Source: Felis catus
Lineage: Eukaryota
NCBI RefSeq assembly: GCF_018350175.1
Contig: NC_058383.1
Coordinates: 14,014,001-14,078,000 of the forward strand
Reading direction: 5' to 3'
Length of the DNA: 64,000 nt
How positions within the stretch are numbered: the stretch's first letter is position 1; each line of letters starts with the position of its first letter. Shown piece by piece: positions 25,297-35,978 of this stretch. The notes below the pieces were generated by a model that made no database searches, had not been told where the DNA came from, and saw nothing but the letters and a program-made list of their open reading frames with translations. The position numbers and the translations under genes were made by a program.

Positions 25297-25875
25297 GACA
25301 CACTAAACCTTGGGCAAACCCATTCCCCCGGGAAGCCTGTGCATGTCTGGGGGCCCAGCAGGTTTTTGTGACGCAGGGCCCAGGCTGCAGCGTAAGATTG
25401 GGCGGTAGGGAGAGCTCCCCGGCAAAGCTTTGTTCCAGGTTCTAGGAATTTAAATAAATTCTGTTTTCAATGATCTGCGCCTTTCCTAGCACACAGATGT
25501 TTAACATCACCTAGCCGTAATATGACAATAATCAGTTGAGTTTTCCAGGCAGCCAAGGGGAAAAGGAAGGAACCATCCACCTCTCCTGGGGTGTGACTAC
25601 AGGTTTTGCTTGCTGGGATCCTGCACCTTCTTTTTCCCCTCCTCCGACCCCTTGGGCATATTCTTCTGTGAGAGAAGATGTGATTTCCAGCCCCCACCGT
25701 TCTTCTTCCACAGTCGCCATCTTGGTCGCCCAGGCCTCTTGCACATGGATCTGGAGTTGGGGGAAGTCGTCTTCCATCTTGCTGTGCCTGGAGACGACCC
25801 CTCTTTGTGTGTGAAGACCGTCCTCTTCCACCAAGATGGGGCACTGGATGGGATGCCTTCAAAAGAGTGAGAAGG

Positions 25876-26116
25876 GGGGCGCCTGGGTGGCGCAGTCGGT
25901 TAAGCGTCTGACTTCAGCCAGGTCACGATCTCGCGGTCCGTGAGTTCGAGCCCCGCGTCGGGCTCTGGGCTGATGGCTCAGAGCCTGGAGCCTGTTTCCG
26001 ATTCTGTGTCTCCCTCTCTCTCTGCCCCACCCCCGTTCATGCTCTGCCTCTCTCTGTCCCAAAAATAAATAAATGTTGAAAAAAAAAATTTTTTTTTTTA
26101 AAATAAAAAAAAAAAA
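25876..26116 (+). mobile_element. Young CAN-SINE
   Basis: 16-bp TSD aaaagagtgagaaggg. Confidence 0.97.
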
Positions 26117-26463
26117 AAAAGAGTGAGAAGGGAGAACTGCTCTCCTGGGCAATCCAATCAGCAGCCTCATCCCGAGGGGTCAGTGGGGTGCTCCCAGCCA
26201 GGTTCCCTTCACCTCCAGGATGATATTTACGGCAGCTCGGAGGAGTAGGCTTTAAATTAAAAAAAGAAAAAGAAAAGAAAAGAGAAGAAAGAAGGAAAGA
26301 AAGAAAGAAAGAAAGTCAATAAACCAAGGGATGCTAAATTTAAACTGTTCAGGGGAAATCAAATATAGAATCTTGAGAGAGAATAAAAACAAATAAATGA
26401 AGAGATTAACCTCCCGGGGGACTCTGTTACCGGTTTCTCTGACTGCCTTAAGTGACAATTTTT

Positions 26464-26683
26464 TTTTTTAATTTTTTTTTCAACGTTTATTTATTTTTGG
26501 GACAGAGAGAGACAGAGCATGAACGGGGGAGGGGCAGAGAGAGAGGGAGACACAGAATCGGAAACAGGCTCCAGGCTCTGAGCCATCAGCCCAGAGCCCG
26601 ACGCAGGGCTCGAACTCGGGGACCGCGAGATCGTGACCTGGCTGAAGTCGGACGCTTAACCGACTGCACCACCCAGGCGCCCC
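26464..26683 (-). mobile_element. Young CAN-SINE
   Basis: 16-bp TSD ttaagtgacaattttt. Confidence 0.97.
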
Positions 26684-27469
26684 ATTAAGTGACAATTTTT
26701 ATAGTTCTGAGTATTCTTGCCCCCAAAGCTCTTGTCATCTAAGTGGAAGGGGCACAGAGACGCTTGGAGAAAGGGAGAAGGAAGGAGGCTATGTCTAGGC
26801 ACGTGTCTATACATCCCCACCACGAAATAAACCCGCCATCCAGCATGCATGTATTTCGTGTGCATCACCTCTGAGAATGTACGGGCTTCATTTGCAACTT
26901 CCCACCAAATCTGTAATTAAATACTTGGTATTTATGCCCACAGCCTGACAGAGGACAGGGCATCAGTTTTCTTATTTCCCATGAATTCTCCCCAAGACTT
27001 AGGGAAGGACGTGGGAGAGAGGGGACGTCTACGGTAGAACCTGTGACAAATTAGTCACTGGAATTTTCTGGCCAACAGAAGATATAGAAGAATTTGTGAA
27101 GAAGCATCAAAGGGAGTAAAAAGAGAAGGCACAAAGAAAGAAGAAGAAAGGAAAAAGGAGAGAAGGAATATCATGTCACAAAAGAATAAAAAGAATACAT
27201 GGTGGGCAAGAGAACTCTGTCCCCAAAGCCAACGAAAGGTTTGAGAAGCAGGAGTGAAAGGGCTGAGAATTCAAAAGAGAATTACCCCTTTTCAAAGCAG
27301 TCCCCTTGAAAGTTGCGTCCCTTCCCTGGAACTATTTTGACATGAGCCTAAGAATATCACAAACCTAGAAAAATGTCTATGTAATTTGGACAGTCATCCT
27401 TTTCCTAGAAGCCAAGCTTAATAATACGAAACATGAAATAGTTTTGTGTGCACACAGATGCATCGCAAC

Positions 27470-27680
27470 GAGTGGTTCTCAGCCCTCTTTGAGCTTTAGA
27501 ATTACCTGGGGAGTTCATGAAAAAAAAAAAAAAATTACCGGTGCCCGGATCTCCACCGAAACCCTGCCGTGGAGCTCCAGTAGGGCCGCTGGTGGTTGCT
27601 GTTGTGGTTGTTTGTTTATTTGTTGTAAAGCTCCCTGGGGGACTCCAATTTCAAAGCCCAGTCAGATTGGATGACCACTG
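27470..27680. mobile_element. MER5-like hAT-Charlie element
   Basis: agtggttctcagcc...agaattacctggggag...aaagctccctggg...gaccactg terminal inverted motifs. Confidence 0.65.
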
Positions 27681-28594
27681 ATGGGGGTCTTTGCTTGACG
27701 GGGGCCCTCACGCTGTTCAAGATTAACTCAAGTCTCATTCCCTTCGAAAGGTCGCCTTGACATTCTATCCGATCTCCTCCCTCTCCCCAGATTCTTTCTC
27801 TGTTTTTCTGTTTCCCTTTCCTCGAGGTTTGCCATTTCTTTCTTTCTCCTTGTCTTCTTTTTCTCTAAGAGGATCGTATGTTATTATTTCTTTTTGGTCT
27901 CGAATTCGGAGGACCCCTGCTTAGTGGAGGGGGTAGGAGGTGGGAGGGCAGGTGAGGGGGCGATGGGTAATCGGTTAAGACTATAGCCCGGAGAAGGCCA
28001 CAGAGAAAGTTCTCTTGGCTTCTGTGGCCTCCCCTATTTTCTGCAGCAGCACTCAGGGCCTCCTACGCTCCAGGTTTACGGTGTTTCCATGACCCTCCCA
28101 CCCTGGGGCAGCCTCTTCAGCTGCTTGGGTCTCTGCTCACCCACTTAGGGGACGTTACAAGAATTCCTCAGGCTTTGTAACTCGCAACCCACCTTCTGGG
28201 TTAGAAGCTGCACCTGAAACCTGCTCACCAGAATCCTCCACCAGCTACCACTTTTCAAAGCGTAAGCCAGGACCTCTTGGGCCCTGGGGACTTTGGAAGC
28301 TGTCTCTCCCACTGCAACTTTTTCTACTCTCTTTAGCTCATTTTGTTAGCTTGGGGAAGAGGAGGAGTCACCGCTTGACTCCAGCATCTTTATCAGGAAG
28401 TCAGCAAAAAAGTTTTCAGTAGCATGTAATAAAATGCTAATATTATGGTGTTCAATCAAAAAAACCCCAGTGATCGGTTTTGATAGTGACTAGAGGTAAT
28501 ATAAAAAATGTGGGCAGAAACACAACAAAATGATAACAGCAATGGAACTCTCATGGAGGGATTATGAAAGAGGTTAATTTAAAATTCTTCAGCA

Positions 28595-28825
28595 GGGGCG
28601 CCTGGGTGGCTCAGTCGGTTGAGCGGCCGACTTCGGCTCAGGTCACGATCTCACGGTCCGTGAGTTCGAGCCCCGCGTCGGGCTCTGGGCTGATGGCTCA
28701 GAGCTTGGAGCCTGCTTCCGATTCTGTGTCTCCCTTTCTCTCTGCCCCTCCCCCATTCAGAGTCTCTCTCTGTCTCAAAAATAAACATTAAAAAAAATAA
28801 AAATAAATAAAAATTAAAAAAAAAT
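28595..28825 (+). mobile_element. CAN-SINE
   Basis: TSD aaaa(t/c)tcttcagca. Confidence 0.96.
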
Positions 28826-29199
28826 AAAACTCTTCAGCAACTCCTTAACTTCTCCACAACATTCTTCATTTTTACAGTGATAAAAGTGCTGTAAAAACCC
28901 CAACACACAGCACTCCTCTTTGGAGACGGAACGCTTTATTGCATAATTCTGTCCCTGCTCGGAGAGTTAACCCTCCTTCTTTGGAATTGTCCTGATTCCG
29001 TGGTCTCTTCTATGACTGTCCTAGTTGGGGCTTATCTTCATCCAAAGCCTTGGGCCAGTTTGGTGAATCAATGAGTGATCAGGCTGGGAAATCCCACTTT
29101 ATCCCACTGATGGTTGAAAAGTGTGGCTGAGTGGTTGGCTTCGAGTCTCCTCATAGGGAAGAGCTTCCAGATGCTTTGCACGCTGACAACAGCTAATGT

Positions 29200-29410
29200 G
29201 TCTCAAGTGCGTGCCCTCTGCCAGGCACTGTCCCAAGCGCTTTACATGTTTGAGCATACTTAATACACAAGGCAGCCACATACATTTGGAATGATTTCAA
29301 TCCCAATGATGTAGAGGAGAAAATCAAGGGTAAACAACTCGCTCAAGATCCTTCAGCAAGTGGCCGAGCTTGAATCTAAACTCTTGGGCCCAGACTCTCA
29401 ACCACTGTTC
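29200..29410 (-). mobile_element. MIR
   Basis: tgccaggcactgtcccaagcgctttacatg...gaggagaaaatcaagg...cttgaatctaaac. Confidence 0.65.
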
Positions 29411-30088
29411 TGTTTTAACCCTTGCAGCAAGATGGCAGCATCGTTGGAAAGAAAGCAATGTCCTGAGGAGAGACCTTGAAGAGGGCAGCAGAAGACTTGT
29501 ATGGGTGTGATAGATCTGATGTCATTGGTTCCAAGCTGCCAGATTAACTGTAGATGGTGTGTGAATGAGTGGGGGAACAGAGTGGGGGAGTGTTATTCAT
29601 ATTGGGTCCCGACCTGTCCCCAAGAGCATGGACCCCTGACCAGTGTCAGCCAGAGAGCCTGGTACCTACCAAAGAAGGCACTTCAGGACTCATTCGGCAT
29701 CTACATGAAGACCCTCACCTGCCATCCTGCCTTGGGAGGGGAAATTGGTCAGACAGGACAGCATTCAGGGCACCGTCTCATTTTTTCCCTTAGGACTCAT
29801 TACCTCGCAAGCATGCACCTGCACACGCCCCTTTTCCTGGGTGCTAATAGGCGCATTTAGAACTTGAGAAGCAAAGGCAGGGCTCCAGTGCTGCCGGTCA
29901 GGGCTGATGTATGACCCGCCTCCCTTCTCTCTCCCTATCATCTTCCCTCTTCTCTTTATCCTTTGCTGGCATTCCTCCCGCCCTCCTTCTTCCTTCACTC
30001 ACCCTCCTTTGAACTGTGTTCCTAATCTTTGGAGAGGTCGGAGATGCCTTTGAGATTCTGTGAAAGGTATCTACTCTCTCCCCACAAA

Positions 30089-30158
30089 ACACGCACACGC
30101 GTGCACATGCACACACACACACACACACACACTTTCACATATATGTGTGTGTGTGTGT
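30089..30158. repeat. (CA)n followed by (TG)n microsatellite
   Basis: Directly visible. Confidence 0.9.
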
Positions 30159-32138
30159 AGTTTTCCCATGGACCAGTCATGAGCCTCTCAGAGCCTTCAG
30201 AGATCCCTCTCTGTGGGTGGGATTCTTCCTTCTTCCTTTCCACTCCAACTGCAGGAAAGAGCATGGCCTTCACGTCTAATGTTCTGTCGGTCAACCAGGG
30301 AGTGAGCGTGCCAGCTCCCACCTCCCCACTCCCCTCAGGCCTTTCTTGTGGCCCCGAGGTTGAAAGCATGGACCCCGTGGGCAGGTCATCTGGGTAAAAA
30401 TTCTGGGTCTTTTCTTCAGGTATCCGCCCTTGATCAATTTTCTTCACTAGGGAAGGGAGAATAACTTTAAGTCCCTTATAGGGATTTATTATGATTACTT
30501 GCATTAATAAATATAAAAACCCTGAGAACGATGTCTGGCAGGGAGTAATGATGTAACTATTTGACAGTTTTATTGAGTGCTAGGTGAAAGAGGGAACAGA
30601 ATGAGCCTTTGTTTAGAAGACTCCAGATAGCTTCCTCCTCTCTCCTCCCCTCCTGTTTACTAGGGGATAGTAGAACCTGGTAAGAACAGTCCTAAATAAT
30701 TTAAACATCCAGGAAACAGTTAAGCCCTTCGGGATGACCAAGATCCACTTATTACCATCAAGGAGCTTAAAAGTTAGCTCCAGAAATAAAATAACCAAAA
30801 CTACTATAACGCAAGGCAGAATCTGACGAATGGTTCAAAAGAGGAATAAATCAGGGGCTGAGGAAGGGATTTTGTCCAGCTTTGGAGGTGGAAGGCTCCA
30901 GAAACCCAGCCAAGCTAGCTTGCATAAATGGCGAACTATTCTGTGACTGTGGTTTCCCACAAAGTCCATGGAGTACAGCTGGGCACTCCATGGACTTAAA
31001 CTGGGAACAGGGAGGAAGTGCCCATCTGGGAATCTTTCATTGCCTTCTGCCTCTGCCCCTCCATGTTTTTGTCTCTCTCAAGTCTCTCTCCTACGTGTCT
31101 CTTCCATTCTCTTTCCTTGCTCTCCAGCATTCAAGGTCACAAGCGGTGGCCCTAAACCCACATCCACATGATCTCTGGGGTCCGTGTACCAACAGATCAA
31201 TTCCATCTCTACAGAGCTTCTGTGTATGGTTGGGCAGGTTGGGCTGTGCACAAGGGTACCCGCCAAAGGGTAAGTAGTGGCTGAAATCTGGTGAAATTCT
31301 CTTACTAATGTTTATGGACAAAGCGAGGCCCCTGGGCACATTTCAAAGGAGGTGGGGATGTGTGTTCCTACCATGGGACCAGGAGGACTTCGTGGGCCCA
31401 AAAGTATTTGGGAACAGCTCTAGAACACAGGTCACAGGACAACCCGTCCTCCTGAAGACAGACAGGTGCCTGCAGGGAAAAAAAGACCTGGGCATTTGCT
31501 TATCTGGATACCATACAAACTGGTGGAAAATAGTAAATGAGGAATTTTAAGGATTGGTTGAAGGCCAGGTGTGGACTAGGATGTGATGTGAAGCTCCTGG
31601 GGGCTCTAGTCATGGGGGAGGAGATTCCTACCTTTTTTAAGGCTTTTATTCCTGGAGCCCCACCAAGCTCTCACAGGAAGGATGGGGAAAATGCAGAAAC
31701 ATTGGTGGGGGTGGGGGGTGGGGAGAGAAATGACAGCCACTGTTGAAACTCCACAGAGAGCTTTCTCCCTTACAGAGCAAAGGGTTTCATCTGCAGGGGA
31801 GGTATATTGTCAGGGGCCACCCGGCCCAACCCCAGCCTCCATGTTTTACTGAGGGGGGTGGGCGGGGAAAGCCTTAATCTGCGGGAGGCTCTCCTCAAGG
31901 ACATAGACAGAAAATGCTGGGGGCTACTCACTGCTGGAAGGGAAAGGAATGTGGGTGCAGGGACAACAAAATCTATCTACTTTTGGAGCAGGGACAGAAA
32001 CAATGAACAGTTCCATCCTAAGATATAGGCCACTGTATACTCCAAAGACTGGGACTTGATTAGAAAATTAGAGAACACTCCCAACCCCTCACATGCAAAT
32101 AAGCAGAAATGGAGAAACACCTTTAAAGTGTTGAAAGC

Positions 32139-32285
32139 GGGGCGCCTGGGTGGCTGAGTCAGTTAGGCATCCGACTTTGGCTCAGGTCATGATCTCATGG
32201 TTTGTGGGTTCGAGCCCTGCATCGGGCTCTGTGCTGACAGCTCGGAGCCTGGAGCTTGTTTTGGACTCTTTGTCTCCCTCTTGCT
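32139..32285 (+). mobile_element. CAN-SINE lacking its 3' tail
   Basis: Body stops at gtctccctcttgct and joins L1 sequence directly. Confidence 0.9.
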
Positions 32286-32604
32286 CTTCAGGCAGAAGGA
32301 ATATTATTAAGATAAGAAATTTAGATCCGCACAAAGAAATGAAGGGTATTAGAAATGGGATAAACGAAGGTAAAATGTTGTATTTTTTCTCATTTTTCTT
32401 AGTTGCTCTAAAACAATAACTATATAAAGCAATAACAGTAATGATGCATTGGAGTTTATATCATATGTAAACATTGGAAATGTATGGCCACAATGAGGAG
32501 GGATTAGAGGAAAAAAATGGAGAGTATGTTGCTACAAGGTCTTTTCACTACACATGAAGTGATATGATGATAAAATAGAGGTATGATTAAAAAATGGACT
32601 CAGA

Positions 32605-32830
32605 GGGGCGCCTGGATGGCGCAGTGGGTTAAGCGTCCGACTTCAGCCAGGTCATGATCTTGCGGTCCGTGAGTTTGAGCCCCGCGTCGGGCTCTGGGCT
32701 GATGGCTCAGAGCCTGGAGCCTGTTTCCGATTCTGTGTCTCCCTCTCTCTCTGCCCCTCCCCCGTTCATGCTCTGTCTCTCTCTGTCCCAAAAATAAATA
32801 AACGTTGAAAAAAAAATTTAAAAAAAATTT
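32605..32830 (+). mobile_element. Young CAN-SINE
   Basis: Full SINEC_Fc-type body. Confidence 0.96.
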
Positions 32831-33048
32831 AAAAATGTAGATTGTAAACCTTAGGGACGCCACTAAAAAGTTAAAAGGAAATATAAATAATAAGTTAATA
32901 GAAAAGATAAGATGGAACAGAAGATAAAAATGCTCACTTGAGAGCAGAGAAGGAAAGAAAAAAGAGGAAATAAGCACAAAGAACAAATACAACAAAATGA
33001 GCTAGCAAAAGGGATACATTTTTATCTAATTAGATAAATAATCACGTT

Positions 33049-33213
33049 GGGGGCACCTGGGTGGCTCAGTCAGTGAGTGTATGACTCTTGATTTTGGCTC
33101 AGGTCACAGTTTGTGGAATTGAGTCATGCATTGGGCTCTGCACTGACAGTGGGGAGTCTGCTTAGGATTCTCTCTCTCCCTCTTTCTCTCTGCCCCTCCC
33201 CTGCTCACTCGTG

Positions 33214-33246
<33 letters not shown>

Positions 33247-33272
33247 AAAACAAACAAATAAACATTAAAAAT
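33049..33272 (+). mobile_element. Older CAN-SINE
   Basis: gactcttgattttggctcagg head, long (CT)n. Confidence 0.92.
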
Positions 33273-33931
33273 TTTAACTATATCAATGGTCACTTTAGAT
33301 GTGAAAGGTATAGACGCACCTTTTCAAGATAGACAATGCCAAAATGGATTTAAAAAATAAAGGCTCAGCTATATTCTGTCTACAATGAATACATTTAAAA
33401 ATATAAAGACATGGATAGGTTAAACGAGAAGTGATGGAGAAAAATATACCGTGAAAATATTAACCCAAAGAAAGCAGGAGTAGTTCTATGAATTTTGGAT
33501 AAAATGAACTTTAGAATAAAGAAGACTATCGAGGATCAAGAAGGATATTACATAATAATAAACAGTTCAATTCTCCAAAAAGGCATAACATTCCTAAACC
33601 TGTATGAACCTAACAAAAGAGATTCAAAATCCATAAAGCAAAACTAGATGGGTCTGAAAGGAGCTATAGTAAATCTACAATTACAGTTGGAGACCTCAAT
33701 ACTCCTCTCATGTCATAGAAGTCTTTATTTAACAACAGCAAAATACACGTTTATCTCAAATGCACATGGGACATCCCTCCAGATAAACCGCATTTGGGGC
33801 ATAAAACAAACCTTAATAAACTTAAAAGAATAGAAATCATACAATGTGCATTATTGGCTCATATAAAAATTAAACTAGAAAGCAATAACAGAAAGATTTG
33901 GGGGGTAGCCCAAATATTTGGAAATGAATGA

Positions 33932-33985
33932 ATGACCTGAGTTGAAATCAAGAGTTGGATGCTGACTGAGCCACCCAGGGGCCCC
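33932..33985 (-). mobile_element. CAN-SINE head fragment
   Basis: atgacctgagttgaaatcaagagttggatgctgactgagccacccaggggcccc. Confidence 0.8.
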
Positions 33986-33989
33986 AAGG

Positions 33990-34540
33990 GCATGTGAATT
34001 TTACATTTGGAGGGATATGATCACACCCATTTCAACCAAGGCAACGTCAATTTACACGCCCAGCAGAGGGTGTGAAAATCTCAGTTTCTGCATATCGTCA
34101 TCTGCCCGGTGCCTGATCAGTCCTTTATCCTCCACTAGTCTGATTGGTAGAAAATGGTGTTTCTTCTTTAACCATTCCTTTTCATGTATTTCTAAGTTAA
34201 TTGTACATATTTCTCTATGAAGTGTTTTTCCAGGTCCTTTGCCTACCCAATTGTCTGCTGATTAGTAATATTCTTCTTATTGATTTAAAAGTACTGTTTA
34301 TAATTTAAGAAAACCAACCATTTCTCCCATATGAATAATTTTCCACACTTTGTCCTCTGTGTTTTGATTTTGTTTATCGCATTTACTGCCATCAAATTCA
34401 TGAATCTTCTATTCCATGGCTTGTGGTTTTTGTGGGCTGCTCAGAAAAGCCTTGCCCATTCTGAGATTATTCTATTGTCTCATTTTTTACTTCTAAATTT
34501 TTGATCCATCTGTGATTCATTTAGGTATAAGGAGTACAAG
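33990..34540 (-). mobile_element. Old L1 (L1ME-like) ORF2 3' fragment
   Basis: caatttacacgcccagcag, ctgattggtagaaaatggtg, tttgatccatctg motifs. Confidence 0.6.
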
Positions 34541-35599
34541 CCATTAAACTTTAAGGTTGTTATCAAACATTTGAAAAGAATCTTGTGGTCTTTTTCCCCC
34601 TAAAGCTTGTATTTTTTTTTTTTTTTTACAAATGATTCTTACTTGCTGAAAAAAATCTGAAAATACACAAAAGAAATAAAGAAACCACACAAAACAATTG
34701 CCCAGAGATACCTACCATTATTTTATTATACAACATTTCTCTATTTAAAAAAACCACTATGTAAAGTTTTCTTTAACTACTTTTAATTTTTCCGGAAAAA
34801 TATGGAAGAGCGTTTGCACCCCGTTCTATCACCTGCATTTTCCAGCACACAGCAGAGCGTGACTCTCTGTCCGGGTGCATGTTTTCAAGGCCGTTCTGGG
34901 CTGAAAGCATGAGGGTGAAGTTGAGAAGGGGAAGGTGAGGGCGTGGAGGCTTCTGGAAGCCCTCCTTCTCTACGGAGCTCAACAGGGACAGGAAGTCCGA
35001 GGACCAGCTGGGTTGAAGAGTCATACATTAAGGATGGAGGAAACCACCCTCTTGCCGACCAAGGCACTATGGGGGAAGTGAGAAGGGATGGAGGGGAGGA
35101 GGGAGGACGAAAGCAGAGGGAGGAGGAATGTTCTCGCCAGTAGATGAGAGAAAAGGAGGGGAGGGTGTTGACGAGGTAGTAAAGCCGATGCAAGAGGGAC
35201 GGATTTTAAGAGTCTCTTCTGTGCCATTCCAACCTCCCCGAAGCAGACGAGGTCATCGGTTGAGCGCAGCTGGGACTGGTCTCCAGGAAGTGGGAGCATT
35301 TGGACCGGAAGTTCTGGGAGATTCAGCGGGGAGCCAGCAAAGAACGGCGGTGAGAAGCCGATTAGGGGAACATTCATGGCGGCCACACGGCTTCCTCCAG
35401 CACCACTTGGGACTCCAAGAGCAGGAAGGACAGGAAGGAGGCTGGGGCACGGCCAGGGTGCAGGCTGGGGAGATGGGCGCAGGAGAGCCCTCTGGCCAGG
35501 AGGAAGAATGCTTGGGTGTCCCGTCCTGGAGGACAAATGGAGGGAAAGCTGACCTTCGTAAGCGCCTGCCCTGCCCACCGCACAGGTGGCCTGCCTTCT

Positions 35600-35830
35600 G
35601 TCTTCTCCTCCTCTTCCTCCTCCTCCTTCTCCTTTTTTAATGCTTTATTTATTTTTGAGAGAGGCAGAGCACAAACAGGGGATGGACAGAGAGAGGGGGG
35701 TACAGAGGATCCGAAGCAGTCTACAATGCTGACAGCAGAGAGCCCGATGCGGGGCTCGAATCCACAAACCGTGAGATCATGGCCTGAGCCGAAGTCGGAC
35801 GCTTAACCGACCGAGCCACCCAGGCGCCGC
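35600..35830 (-). mobile_element. CAN-SINE with a (CTC)n tail
   Basis: Body 35632-35830; TSD cc(t/c)gccttct. Confidence 0.9.
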
Positions 35831-35956
35831 ACCCCGCCTTCTTATCTCAGAGTTTCCACGTATTCCCCTCCCTCATCTGCTTGGCCCCGCCTGGCTTCCA
35901 GCTCATCATCTGTTTCTTCCTCACAGTCAGGCCTCCTGGTCTCCAGCTGCAGACCG

Positions 35957-35978
35957 CCCCCCCCCCCCCCCCCCCCCC
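35957..35978. repeat. C22 homopolymer
   Basis: Directly visible. Confidence 0.95.

Larger units (their letters stand above)
31480..33930 (+). mobile_element. Old L1M fragment (5' region, ORF1 end, ORF2 endonuclease remnant) with three SINE insertions
   Basis: aatattaacccaaagaaagcaggagtag, tgtatgaacctaacaa, atctcaaatgcacatgggac are ORF2 endonuclease-region motifs; 5' boundary uncertain. Confidence 0.75.

Noticed and set aside
35021..35640. Overlapping 185-aa and 170-aa ORFs on opposite strands
   Set aside because: Low-complexity purine-rich DNA; one runs into a SINE tail; no homology recognised
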